Shown here: positions 25,776 to 39,360 of the stretch, piece after piece
Position numbering within the stretch: position 1 is the first letter of the stretch
How the letters are laid out: every line of letters begins with the position of its first letter
Source of the DNA: Mobula hypostoma
Lineage: Eukaryota
Reading direction: 5' to 3'
Assembly (NCBI RefSeq): GCF_963921235.1
Contig: NC_086108.1
Span: 59,584,001-59,648,000 of the forward strand
Length of the DNA stretch: 64,000 bases
Translations under genes and position numbers: made by a program
The notes under the pieces: model-generated
Told to the model about the DNA's origin: nothing
The model's database searches: none
Seen by the model: the letters and a program-made list of their open reading frames with translations, nothing else

Positions 25776-26830
25776 AGTCAGCATTGCCTTTTGACATCAA
25801 GTCTCACAAATACAGTTGATTTTTTATGAATAGGTAAGCAAAAGGATAGCTGAGGGAAGTGCAGTACACATTGTCTAGGTAGACTTTGGCAAAGCCTTTG
25901 ACAAGCTACCGTATTGTAGGGGTGTCTGGAAAGTGAGACTACATGGGATCCAGGGCAAGTTAGGCAATTTAATACAAAATTCACTTAGGGGGTTGTGGTG
26001 GAGGGCAGTTTATCAGACTGGAGGCCTGTGACTAGTGGTGTACCACAGGCATTGACGCTATTGTTCATCATTCATGTTAGGAATTTGGATGAGAACATAG
26101 TTAGTCATTTTGAGGATGATGCTAAGATTGGTGATTTAGAAGACAATGAAGGAGGCTATCTATGATTTCAATGGGATCTCGGTCAATAGGACCAGTAGGC
26201 TGGGGTATGGCAGATGGAGTTTATTTCAGATAAATGCAAGGTGTTGCATTTTGGTAAGACAAAATACAGTAAATCTTACACAGTAAATGGTAGTGCCTGG
26301 ATGATGTTGTAGAATAGAGAGATCTAGGGATGCAGCACATAATTCCTTGAAAGTGGCAAAGCAGGTAGTTAGGGTGGCGAGGAAGTCACTTGGATATGTT
26401 TGTCTTTTTCAGTCAGGATACTGAGTACAGGAATAGGGACATTATGTTACAAACATACAAGATGTTGGTTAGACAATATTTGAGTTCTGCATACAGTTCC
26501 TGTCATCCTGCTTTATGAAGGATTACACTAAACTGGAGAGAATACAGAGATGATTTATGAGGACTTAAGCAAGGCTGGAGAGTTTTGGTTAGAAGGAGAG
26601 GCTGCAGAGATTGGATCGTTTAGGACTTTTTTCCTAGAATGTTGCAGGCTGAGGGATGACTTTATAGAGGTTTATAAAATCAGGAAAGGCTTAAGTAAGA
26701 TGAATAACCAAGGTATTTTCTCTGAGGAGTCTAAAGTTAGAGGACATAGGCTTAAGGTGAGCAGGGATAGATTTAAATAGGATCAGAGAGGCAACATTTG
26801 CCACATAGAGGATGGTGAGGAAGGACAAAA

Positions 26831-28220
26831 CAGTGCCTATAAAAAGTTTTCACTGCTCCTTGGAAGTTTTCATATTTTATTCTTTTACATTGAATCACAG
26901 TGGATTTAATTTGGCTTTTTTGACACTGATCAACAGAAAAAGAGTCTTTCAGGTCAAAGTGAAATCAGATCTCTACAAAGTGATCTAAATTAATTACAAA
27001 TATAAAACACAAAATAATTGATTGTATATTTATTCACCCCCTTTAATATGATACACCAAATCGTAGCTAATGCCACCAGTTGGTTTTAGAAGTCACATAG
27101 TTAGTTAAATAGATATCTATTTTTGGAGACCTGGGGTGCAGTCAAGGTGCTTCTATTAATTGTAGTAAAAGTACACCGGTATCTGGAAAGTTCAACGAAA
27201 ACTACAGCATGAAGCCAAAAGAACACTCCAAGCAACTCCATGAAAAGCTTATTGAAAAGCACAAGTCAGGAGATGGACATAAGAAAATGTACACGTTACT
27301 GAATATCCCTTGGAGTACAGTTAAGTCAATCATCAAGAAATACAAAGAATATTGCACAGCAGTAAATCCACCTAGAACAGGCCATCCTCAAAAACTGAGT
27401 GACCGTGCAAGAAGGGGACTAGTGAGGGAAGTCACCAAGAGACCTATGATGACTCTGAAGGAGTTACAGGCTTCAGCAGCTGAGATGGAAGAGACTGCGT
27501 ACACAACTACTGTTGCCCAGGTACTTACCAGTTACAGCTTTATGGAAGAGTGACAAAGAGAAAGCTACCATTGAAAAACACTCATATGAAATCTCGGCTA
27601 GAGTTTGCCAGAAGGCATGTGGGAGACTTTGAAATCAGCTGGAAGAAGGTTCCATGGTCTGATGAAACCAAACTTGAGCGTTTTGGCCATCAGACTAAAC
27701 ACTATGTTTGGTGTACGCAAAACATTGCACATCATCAAAAACACATCATCCCCACCGTGAAGCATGGTGGTGGCTGCATCACGCTGTGGGGATGCTTCAC
27801 TGCAGCAGGCCCTGGAAGGCTTGTGAAGGTAGAGGGTAAAATGAATGCAGCAAAATACAGGGAAATCCTGGAGGAAAACCTGATGCAGTCTGCAAGAGCA
27901 CTGCGACTTGGGAGAAGATTTGTTTTCCAGCAAGATAATGACCCCAAGCATAAAGCCATAAAGGAATGGCTTAAAAAGAACAAAGTTAATGTCCTGGAGA
28001 GGGCAAGTCAGAGTCCAGAGCTCAATCCAATTGAGAATTTGTGGCTGAGCATGAAAGGGGCTGTTCACTCATGATCCCCATGCAATCTGACAGAGCTTGA
28101 GCAGTTTTGTAAAGAAGAATGGGGAAAAATTGCAGTGCCCAGATGTACAAAGCTGATAGAGACCTATCCACACAGACTCAAGGTTGTAATTGTTGCCAAA
28201 GGTGCATCTACTAAATACAA
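26831..28220 (+). mobile_element. Tc1 DNA transposon: left TIR and frameshifted transposase, right TIR missing
   Basis: Starts cagtgcc; ORFs 27209..27553 (paired-like HTH) and 27550..28074 ([30 protein letters not shown]); ends GASTKY. Confidence 0.93.
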
Positions 28221-31200
28221 TCGTGTACTCTTTAACATTCCAATAAATAGAAATTGTTTTTACATTTCTTGCTAATTTAGTCTCATGTTGTATTTTCTAC
28301 TTCTTTAGCAAATCCTGGCGCTTACTTTGTGACTCTTAAATACCTCCCAGGCATCAGGTAACACTGCTAGCTAATTTTTATGTTCCTTCCCAGGATGTGG
28401 GTGTGGATATTGCTGGCAGGTCCAAGATTTGTTGCCCATCTTTAATTGGCCACAGATAAAAGTCGACTACATTGTGTATCTGGAATCACAGAAAAACGAG
28501 CTGACTGAATAAGGACAGCAGATTCCTGTCTTTGAAGAAAGAGACAAACCAATAGGATGTACAATAACTCTGCAAGTTCATGGTCAACTCTAGAGACTAG
28601 ATTTTTATTTCAAATTTATTTAATTGATTGAATTTACATTCCCCAACTGATATGACAATCTGTAGGGCAACGTTCCCTTTAATTTTTTTAAAGCTGTGTG
28701 GACCAATCATTGCTCTGAACAGGAAATTTTTACACGACCTGAAACTGCATGACTTTAAATTAACATTATATAGAAGAAAATTCCAGTTGCAAAGCAACAA
28801 AGGCAATGTACATGGGAGCATTTCAGTTACTGTGCAGCTCTAGGGATGAGTTGCCCAGGTTTCTAGATTCTTATCCAGTGGCATGACAACTATATTAATA
28901 TACCCACATTTGTTATATATTACAATTCTTAACTCTTTTTCATTCTTGAACAACAGTTCATCATTTTGACCATGATACTTTCTTTTTAAAAATTTACCTT
29001 TGCATACTTACTGTTATACCTTTAACCAGGTTTCCAATCTGCCTCGGACAAGTTGCCTCTATAAAATGTCTCATTGGTTTACATAAATTTTATTTCTTAA
29101 TTTTGGGGTGAACCAAGTTAAACAAAATTGTGATATGAAATAAAATGTCTTTTTCTCCCTGGTCCACAAAAATACAAGTGTGAAATATTGTAGCTGCTCT
29201 CTGAGGACCTAATAGAATTGTATCAATGCTTGCTGCTTTGACTGCTCAGTGCTAAGAACGAAAATATGTGGCACATCATTCATACTTAATTCCCCTAAAA
29301 TTGCCATCAGTGAAATGAGAATTGCAAACTGCAAAGTCCAGATCCTTGCAGTCATAGACTGGTAAAGCTATCTCATTCTGAGGCCTTCACTGCCTTGGTA
29401 TCATGAAAACAAATAGGTTTTTCAGTGCATGCATAATATTGTTTATAGGCTCTTGATTCATTTCTTTGTTAATCCAATGGACATTAGAATAGAAATGGAA
29501 CAATGCAAGCACTATTATTCAGCCTTCTAGTTGAAAGGAAGGGAATTTACAAGGGCCATGTTAGCATGAATTTCTTAAAATATTCTACCTCATGGGCGAA
29601 AAGTTTCACTAGGACAATCAATACTGGTAAGTCTGATTGATACTAGCAACTTAGATTTTTCCTGATTTTAAATAAATTAATGTTTATCCTAATCTTAAGG
29701 CAGATTTCTTTCAATTACAATAACAACTGTTTGCATGCAAAAATGTGGAGGTTGAAGCTCTCTTAAATCTATCACAGATACACTATTTTCCACATTTGAT
29801 TCCTCCATGATGCTGATTGTAGTTTCTCTCCACATAAGCTGTGTTTTGTTTCATAGAAGGTTGTTGTGTAAACTGCTTCCTGTGTAAACATTTGAATCAA
29901 CAATTGACTGTTGCCAGTGTGGATGCTAAGGCTTCCTCACCGCAGTATTCTTATGGTATTTCTATCACTGCACTTGGTATCAGTGTAGACCTCCCAACAC
30001 TTATCGCACCATCTGGGAGATTAGTATTATAATGAATGTGCCTGCTCCAATTCATATAATGTAATGATACACCACACAGAAACCAGCATCCTATCTGCTT
30101 TTCTGAATTTAAGAAGCTATGCAAAAAATTACAAGAAACTTGATTCAGATTTTAAACAGAACAGCCTATAAATCTAATATGTAGGAGGGTATATTGCAAC
30201 CATAAATTCAAGCAAAATTTGAAATGAGCCATCTGAACCATGAGATTAGATTAACATTCTGCAACCTGTCCATAAATCTATGTTTATTTTCTGTTTCTGC
30301 CGCAAGTTCGGATGCATTGTGTGGCAGACTTCCAATGCTTATCAACTCTTCAGGTACATTACAAAGGAATGCAAACACTCCTGAAATAAATTGCTGCCCC
30401 AGTAAAGGTTTAATTTCTTCTGGGATATGAAATGAGATGAAAATTGCCAACAAGCTCTCACCTCCTTTTGCTGAAGATAAATGAGAAAACATGAAAAATG
30501 GGATCTCATTTGGACCTTAACCAAGTGCCATTCTACATGTCAATCCTGGGCAGAATGTACTGTTACTTATGTAACATCACCCAACTCCCTGTACCTTCAG
30601 CTGCAGGAGATACCCTATCCTTGCCTGTGTTTCCTCCTGGTTTAATTCCTGAATGGATTCCCAATGTTATGCAAGGCTTCCCATGAATCTGGGTTTATTA
30701 AGACCCAAGACCCTTTCACCTATTATGTTCTTATTCGCCAACTTGTAGTGTGTTATACACTGGTTGGGAGACAATTAAATAATTCTCATTGCTTGTCACA
30801 TTCTTCAATTTGCTTTCATTTCTTTAAAAATGTAACCTCCAGCTGCACAGCTCTGCTATACTGACCCGCTCCATCTGATTTTATCTTGTTGACCATTGAC
30901 AATAGAGCTTGAGCCTTCATGGAACTAAGCACTTGCTCTCTCTCTTTACCTCTCTTGTTTTCTACTTCCTCCTTCTCCTCAGAACTTCTCTTTGACTCAA
31001 GTCATTTTTCCAAGTACATCATTTAGTGTTAAGTTTTTTTCTTATTAAATGCCTTGATACCTTCGACTTCACTAAAATTATTGTCTAAAATCATTGTTTT
31101 TCCAACATTGCCAAGATTTATGTATTCAATTCTCAAATGCTTACATGTCTTAGAAATCATTCACTCTGTCTAAATAAAGTCAATTTTTGATAGCACAGCA

Positions 31201-31364
31201 CTGTCTGGATACTGAGTTTAGGATCTTCCTCATCTATATAGATTCTCCATTTGTACTTCAAACTAAGCTCATGGACTAATAGGAGTCAGTTTCATCTGAG
31301 GACATGCCAGTCAATTATACTTCCCTCTCACTTCTCAGATGGCATCAGTTTGCCAAACTGAACT

Positions 31365-32870
31365 TGAATCAGAATCAGGTTCTTTATCATTGAGATATGG
31401 TATGAAATTTGTTGTTTGCAGCAGCAACACGGCACATTACATGAACAAATAAGAAATATAAAAATATAAATAAGTAACACAAAATGTGAACAAAACAGTG
31501 AGATAGCGTTTATGGGTTCATGAATTGTTCAGAAATCTGATGGTGGAGGGGAATAAGCTGTTCCTAAAACAGTGACTGTGTGTTTTCAGGCTCCTATACC
31601 TCCTGCCTGATAGCAGAAATGAGAATAGGGCATGTCCTGGATGGTGAGAGTCCTTATTGATGTATGCTGCCTTCTTGAAGATACCCTCAGTGGTAGGGAG
31701 GCTAGTGCCCATGATGGAGCTGGAACTTTTCCAATCCTATGCATTGGTGCCTCCATACCATTCCAAAGGATAGATCTCTAGAAATGCTGACACCCAGGAA
31801 CATGAATCTGCTCACCCTTTCCACTGCTGAGACCTCAGTGAGGACTGGTGTACATTCCCTTCCTTGGTCTTAATAATGTTGAGTGCAAGTTGTTGTTGTG
31901 ATACCACTCAACCACTCAATCTTACTCCTGTATGCCATCTTGTCGCCATCTGAGGTTCTACCAAGAGTTGAGTCATCAGCGAATTTGTAGATGGTGCTTG
32001 AGCTGTGCCGAGCCACATAGCCATGAGTGTAGCACTGTGCAAAACTTTAGGCACATATATATAACTAGGGTGTCTAAGTATTGTATTTGTCAACCAGAAG
32101 CGGAGAGTGAGTGTATAAATGTGGCTGGAGTAAAGGTTGTTGGGAATGCCACAGGAAGGGTACAGGACAGGTGGCATAGAAGGAGTGGCAGGTGAAGGGG
32201 ATGGTGTGGGTGCAGACACACCTAACTCTGAGACACCAGACATGGTCATTTGATTCCAAACAATTAGCTTATTGATTATTACAGAATGTCTCCCCGGTGA
32301 TTCCTGCTCCCTCCCCTCTACCTTTCCCTTTTCCCAACCAGGATCTCCCTCTCCTTGCCTCCTTCCCACTCTTAGTCTGCAATAGAGACCCGTATCAGAA
32401 TTATGTTTATCGTCATTTACATATGTCATGACATTTGTTTTTGTTTTTTTTTGCAGCAGCAGTGCAGTGCAATACATGAAAGTAGTACAGTACTGTGAAA
32501 ATGTCTGAGGCACCCTAGCTACATATATATGTACTGAAGACTTGTGCACAGTACTTTAGATAGAATAAAGCAGCAGACTAAACATGCCTCCTGAGGTGTG
32601 CCTGAATTGTTTGTCAGTGAGGAGGAGATGTCATTTCCAGTTCACACTGACTGTGGTCTCCTAATGAGGAAATCAAGGGTTCAGTTGAAGAGGGAGGTAC
32701 AGAGGCCCAGATTTTGAAGCTTTTTTGCTTAGTACTGAGTGGATGATGGTGTTGAACACTGAAATGTAATCAATAAACAACAGGCTGACATAGGTACTGC
32801 TATTGTCCGGGTGGTCCATGGCCAAGTGGAGAGCTACTGAGATTTGATCCATTGTAGACCTCTTGTGGCT
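31365..32870 (-). mobile_element. Degenerate Rex1/Babar-like LINE interrupted by a non-autonomous DNA element
   Basis: HHPGHALFSFLLSGRRYRSLK; aatcagaatcag tail; RT remnants resume after 32557. Confidence 0.75.
32030..32558. mobile_element. Non-autonomous Tc1/mariner-type element with hairpin-like TIRs
   Basis: Left actgtgcaaaactttaggcacatatatataactagggtg is mirrored at 32488-32556; TA at both edges. Confidence 0.65.
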
Positions 32871-33611
32871 AGTTGAGGATAAAATATAACAACTCTCTTC
32901 TTTGCATGCTTCAGTATCTTTAACAAATGCTAAGATTATTGTACTATTCTAAATGTACATTGTTTTGGATAAGGAAGGCAATGCTGAAATTTATTCCAAG
33001 TTTAAATGATTAGTTTCTTGTTGACATGCCTCTTTTAAAAATAATGCATGGAACGCTTCAAGTTTCCAAAATAATTGTGACAGGTGGTGAGCAATCACGT
33101 GGCCATTTTACATTTTTAGTACCAAATTCCGAGAGTAACAGAACTATTAATATTGCATGAAGGTCTAAATCTGTTCCTTACCACATTATCTTCAAAAACT
33201 TGCAAACAGCATGTTCCTAACATTCTCTCCTCAGAATCACAGATTTGGGAGAAGGACTATTTTAAGTGGTACCAAGCTACCGAAGCTCATTTGTTCCAAA
33301 ATTACGACTTCACTTATGTCCCGAGAATAAGGGGAATGGGTAAAAGCAGATAGAACATTTGAGGCTTACATTTCCATTAACTTTCCAAGTAAAGTTTCCT
33401 ATAAAACCCTAGTGTTCATTGTTCCACACTGGTTTATATGCACTCCTTTATTGCACCTGAAGTTGACCAAAAGATGAATACTTTTATAATTACCCAGCTG
33501 CTATCACGGTTGTCATCATTTTATGTATTCAGCAGATTGACATGAACAGGAGATTTATGTTCCCAATTATATCAGTGGTACAAAATACTTGAGATGCATC
33601 CATATCTGGAG

Positions 33612-35620
33612 ATGCACAGAAGACTATGTGTCTCGCAAGACGATCCGGATATTCCCCAACGGGAAACCTTGGATGAATTATGAGGTCCAGTCCCTTTTGA
33701 AAGCTAGAGCTGCGGCTTTTAGGTCTGGGGATACCAGTTGCTACACGGAATCCAGGCGTGAACTCCGGAAACCCATTAAGGGCGCCAAGAGGCAATATAG
33801 AGCCAAGTTGGAAGCCCAGGCTAACCAGACGGATGCCAGTAGACTATGGCAGGGTCTAAACTAAATCACTGGGCGCAAGGAAAAGGCTGGGAATATCAAT
33901 AACTGTAGCGCTTCTCTTCCTGATGAACTTAACGTATTCTACTCAAGATTCAAACAGAAGAGAAGTGTCCCGCCCCCTCCCGATGAACCGGACCTGGTGG
34001 CATCGAGATTAATCATCCCCAAGGAGGACGTTAGAAAGGCCTTCCTGAAGATAAATCCAAGGAAGGTGACGGGCCCAGATGGCGTCCCGGAATGGGTTCT
34101 CCGGGCCTGTGCAAGTGAGCTAGCTGGAGTGTTTGCTGACATCTTCAACTGCTCCCTGCTTCAGTCTAATATTCCCTCGTGTTTTAAGAAGGCAACGATA
34201 ATTGCGATGCCGAAGAAAAGCAAGATGGCATGCCTGAATGACTATCGACCTGTGGCTCTGACATCAATTGCTATGAAGTGCTTCGAGCGATTGGCTATGG
34301 CACACATCAACCACAGCCTACCGGACAACCTCGACGCTTTGCAATTCCCCTACCGGAGCTACAGGTCAACGGCAGATGCCATCTCTCTGGCCCTACATTC
34401 CTCCTTAGGACACGTGGAGAATAAAGATGCATATGTAAGGCTCCTTTTCATTGACTACAGCTCTGCCTTTAATACCATCGTTCCAAATAAACTGATTCCG
34501 AAGCTCCAGAACCTGGGCCTTAGCACTCAGATCTGCAGCTGGATCTTCAACTTCCTCACAGACAGGACCCAGGCTGTAAAAATAGGGGACAAGCTCTCCT
34601 CTACAATCACTCTGAGCACCGGTGCCCCACAAGGCTGTGTACTCAGCCCCCTGCTGTACTCACTGTACACCTATGATTGTGTAGCTAAGTTTCCATCGAA
34701 CTCAATATATAAGTTTGCTGATGACACCAGAATTGTAGGTCGTATCTCAGGTAATGATGAGTTTGAGTACGGAGAGGAAATTAAGAACCTGGTGGCATGG
34801 TGCGAAGACAATAACCTATCCCTCAACGTCAGCAAGACAAAGGAATTGGTTGTTGACTTCAGAAGGAGTTGCGGACTGCACAACCCCCTCTACATCGGTA
34901 GTGTGGAGGTGGAACAGGTCAAAAGCTTTCAGTTCCTCGGGGTCAATATCACAAAAGACCTGACTTGGTCAACCAAGCAGAGTCCACTGCCAAGAAGGCC
35001 CACCAGCGCCTTTACTTCCTGAGGAAGCTAAAAAAAATGTGGCCTGTCCCATAAAACCCTCACTAATTGTTATAGATGCACCATAGAAAGCATTCTTCTA
35101 GGGTGCATCACAACCTGGTATGGAAGTTTTCCTGTCCAAGACCGGAAGAAGCTGCAGAAGATCATGAAAATGGCCCAGCACATCACACAAAACAATCTTC
35201 CATCCTTGGACTCACTTTACACCGCACGTTGTCGGAGCAGTGCTGCCGGGATAATCAAGGACACAACCTACCCAGCTAACACACTTTTCATCCATCTTCC
35301 CTCCAGGAGAAGGCTCAGGAGCCTGAAGACGCGTACGACCAGATTTGGGAACAGCTTCTTTCCAACTGTGATAAGACTGCTGAGCGGATCCTGACTCAGA
35401 TCGGGCCGTACCCTCCAAATATCCGGACCTGTCTCTCGGTTTTTTTGCACCTCCTTACTTCCTTTTTTCTATTTTTTATTTATAATTTATAACTTAAATT
35501 TGTATTATATTTACTATCGAGTTGTACTCCAGGGAGCGTAAAGCGCAGAATCAAATATCGCTGTGATGATTGTATGCTCTAGTATTAAATGTTTGGCGAC
35601 AATAAAGTAAAGTAGAAGTA
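33612..35620 (+). mobile_element. Rex1/Babar-like LINE with near-intact RT domain
   Basis: ORF 33997..35022: [47 protein letters not shown]; tail aataaagtaaagtagaagta. Confidence 0.9.
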
Positions 35621-35812
35621 CCTAGTTGCCCCATCATGACTACAGAAACAAGTTCAGTTGATTGGCATAAAAATAGAAAATTCCAGGAATACTTGATGGG
35701 TCAGGCAGCCTCTGTGGAAAGAGAGAAACAAAACTAACATTTCAGGTCAATAAACACACATAAAAGTTGCTGGTGAACGCAACAGGCCAGGCAGTATCTC
35801 TAGGAAGAGGTA

Positions 35813-35850
35813 CAGTCATAGTTTCGGGCCAAGACCCTTCGTCAGGACTA
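35813..35850 (-). ncRNA. Hammerhead motif with mutated cleavage region
   Basis: Reverse complement UAGUC-CUGACGA-AGGGUCUUGGCCC-GAAA-CUAU-GACUG. Confidence 0.45.
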
Positions 35851-37515
35851 ACTGAAAGAAGAGTGAGTAAGAGATTTGAAAGTGGGAGGGGGAGGGGGAG
35901 ATCCAAAATGATAGGAGAAGACAGAAGGGGGAGGGATGGAGCCAAGAGCTGGGCAGGTGATTGGCAAAAGGGATATGAGAGGATCATGGGACAGGAGGCC
36001 TAGGGAGAAAGAAAAGGGGAAGGGGGGGAAAAGACAGGATGGGCAAGGGGTATAGCGAGGGGGACAGAGGGAGAAAAAGGAGAGAGAGAAAAATAATGTG
36101 TGTATATAAATAAATAACGGATGGGTACGAGGGGAAGGTGGGCCAATAGCGAAAGTTTGAGAAGTCAATGTTCATGCCATCAGGTTGGAGGCTACCCAGA
36201 TGGAATATAAGGTGTTGTTCCTCCAACCTGAGTGTGGCTTCATCTTTACGGTAGAGGAGGCTGTGGATAGAAATGTCAGAATGGGAATGGGACGTGGAAT
36301 TAAAATACGTGGCCACTGGGAGATCCTGCTTACTCTGGCGGACAGAGCGTAGGTGTTCAGTGAAACAATCTTCCAGTCTGCGTCGGGTCTCACCAATATA
36401 TAGAAGGCCACATCATCTCCCAGTCTCCGCCACATCTGCTCTCAGGATGAGGCTTTTCATTCCAGGATGAAGGAGATGTCTTCCTTTTTTAAAGAAAGGG
36501 GCTTCCCTTCCTCCACCATCAACTTTGCTCTCAAACGCATCTCTCCCATTTCACGCACATCTACTCTCACTCCATCCTCCCGCCACCCTACTAGGAATAA
36601 GGTTCCCTTTGTCCTCACCTACCACCCCACCAGCCTCCGGGTCCAACATATAATTCTCCGTAACTTCCGCCATCTCCAACGGGATCCCACCACTAAGCAC
36701 ATCTTTCCCTCCTCCCTCTCCCTGCTTTCTGCTGGAATCGCTCCCTACGCAACTCACTTGTCCATTCGTATCCCCATCCCTCCCCACTGATCTCGCTCCT
36801 GGCACTTATCCTTGTAAGCGGAACAAGTGCTGCACATGCCCTTACAATTCCTCCCTCACCACCATTCAGGGCCCGAGACAGTCCTTCCAGGTGATGCAAC
36901 ACTTTACCTGTGAGTCGGCTGGGGTGATATACTGCGTCCGGTGCTCCCGATGAAGCCTTCTATTATATTGGCGAGCCCCAACGCAGACTGGGAGATCATT
37001 TTGCTGAACACCTATGCTCTGTTCGCCAGAGAAAGCAGGATCTTCCAGTGGCCACAGATTTTAATTCCACGTCCTATTCCCATTCTGATATGTCTATCCA
37101 CGGCCTCCTCTACTGTAAAGATGAAGCCACACTCAGGTTGGAGGAACAACACCTTATATTCCGTCTGGGTAGCCTCCAACCTGATGGCATGAACATTGAC
37201 TTCTCTAACTTCCGCTAAGGCCCCACCTCCCCCTCGTACCCCATCCATTATTTATTTATATACACACATTCTTTTTCTCTCTTTCCTTTTTATCCCTCTG
37301 TCCCTCTCACTATACCCCTTGCCCATCTTCTGGGTTTCCCCCCCTCTCCCTTTTCTTTCTCCCTGGGCCTCCTGTCCCATGATCCTCTCATATCCCTTTT
37401 GCCAATCACCTATCCAGCTCTTGGCTCCATCCCTCCCCCTCCTGTCTTCTCCTATCATTTCAGATCTCCCCCTCCCCCTCCCACTTTCAAATCTCTTACT
37501 AGCTCTTCTTTCAGT

Positions 37516-37553
37516 TAGTCCTGACGAAGGGTCTCGGTCTGAAACGTTGACTG
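37516..37553 (+). ncRNA. Minimal hammerhead ribozyme motif (GUU triplet)
   Basis: tagtc ctgacga agg gtctcgg tct gaaa cgtt gactg. Confidence 0.65.
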
Positions 37554-37749
37554 TACCTCTTTCTAGAGATGCTGCCTGGCCTGCTGCGTTCACCAGCAAC
37601 TTTTATGGGTGTTGCTTGAAATTCCAGCATCTGCAGATTTCTTCGTGTTTGCATTTTTAATTTCAGGTCAATAACTCATGATCACAGCAAAAGTTTAGTA
37701 AGGGCCAAAACTGATCTCTTGAAGATCAACAAAGTCATCAACTCGTGTT

Positions 37750-39360
37750 GCCAAAATGGATGGGGAAGATTTTAAATCATTTTTTTGCATCTGTCTTTAC
37801 TCAGGAGATAGATCAGTGCATATAGAACTGAAAAAAGAAAGTGTAATGTGGTCATAGATCATATATGGATTATGGAAGAGGAGGTGCCTGCTGTCTTGAG
37901 GCAAATTATAATGGATAAACCTGACAAAGTGTCCCCTTGGACCTTGTGGGAGGCTCGAGAAGAAATTGCAGGCTCGCGGGCCAGTCAAAACAGCCTTGGT
38001 TATGGGTGAGGACTAGAGTATAGCTAATACTGTTCTGTTGTTTAAGAAAGGCTCGAAGACTACATCAGCAAATTATAGGCTGATGAGCCTGACATCAACA
38101 GTGAAGGCATTATGACGGACACAATATGTAAGGATTTAAGTAGACAGTGCCTGATTAGGGATAGTCAACATGGTAATGTTAACTGTAAGTCATGTCAAAC
38201 CTACTTTATAGAGATTGTCGTGGAGGCTACCAAGAAGGGAAGACAGGGGACATTACTTACATGGACTTCAGCAAGAACTTTGACAAAGTCCAGCACGGGA
38301 TACTGATCCAGAAGGTTAAGTTGCTTGGCATTTAGGATAAAGTATTCAATCGCATTCAAGGTTGGCTTAGTGGGAGAAGCCAGAGAGTGGTAGTAGATTG
38401 CTGCCTCCCTGACTAGAGGCCTGTGACTAGTGCCATGCCACAGGGATTGGTGCAAGGTCTGTTGTTGTTGATCATCAGTATTAATATTAATGATAATGTG
38501 GTAACCTGGATCAGCAAATTTGTGGATGACATCAAGATTTGGGCATAGTAGACAGTAAGGAAGACCATCAGAGCTTACAGCGAGATTTGGACCAGCTGGA
38601 AAAATGGGCTGAAAAATGGCAGATGGAATTTAATAGTGGTGAGGTGTTGCAATTTGGAAGGGCAAATCATGGCAAGACTTGCACAGTAAGCTGAGGACAC
38701 TGAGGAATGCAGCAGAACAATGGAACCTGGGAATACAGATCCATAATTCCTTGGAAGTGGCACCACAGGTGGATAGGGTTCAAAGAGAGTTTTGGCACAT
38801 TGGCTGCATAAATCAGGGCATTGAAATGTGATGTTGTAGTTGAATAATGTGTTGACGAGGGCAAATCTGGGATATTATGTGCAGTTCTGGTCACTGGCCT
38901 ACAGGAAAGATATCTATAAGCTTGAAGAGAGTGCAAATAAAATTTACACGTATGCTGCCGGGACTTGTGCACCTGAGTTACAGGATAGTTAACCAGGTTA
39001 GGAGTTTATGCACTGGAGTGCAGGGGAATGAGAGATCTAGGAGGTATACAGAATTATGAGGGGAGTAGATAGGATGAAGACATGTAGATTTTACCCTGTC
39101 AGGTGAAAGGTGAAATATTTAAGGGGAATGAGAGCAAGTACTTCACTCAGAGAGATGTGTGTGTGTGCAATGAGCTGCCAGCAAAAACAGTAGATACAGG
39201 TTCAACTGTAAAGTTTAAGAGAATTTCGGATAGTTAAGTGGATGAGGAAGGTATGGAGATCTATGCTATAGGTAGATGGGATGAGGCAGAAAACCGGGCT
39301 GGCATGGAATAGATGGGCCAAAAGGCTGATTTCTATACTGTAGTGTTCTATGACTATGAC
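37750..39360 (+). mobile_element. Degenerate CR1 RT region and 3' end
   Basis: YMDFSK-like, KFVDD, WQMEFN remnants; tail gtgttctatgactatgac. Confidence 0.82.

Larger units (their letters stand above)
23580..26830 (+). mobile_element. Degenerate CR1 ORF2 hosting a PLE stub, a Rex-like LINE and a SINE
   Basis: EDWRTINVV..PGNYEPMNLTSVVGKLLE; later ggaggcctgtgactagtggtg (WRPVTSG) and RLRDDFIEVYKI. Confidence 0.82.
35754..37659. mobile_element. Inverted-arm Penelope-like insertion (minus arm 35754-~36413, plus arm ~36420-37659)
   Basis: GIY-YIG and pseudo-LTR on both strands; perfect TSD atttcaggtcaataa at 35739-35753 and 37660-37674. Confidence 0.92.

Noticed and set aside
27550..28074. Apparent DD32E spacing suggesting a new Tc1 group
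   Set aside because: Best explained by a two-codon deletion in a decayed DD34E copy that also has a frameshift and a premature stop.
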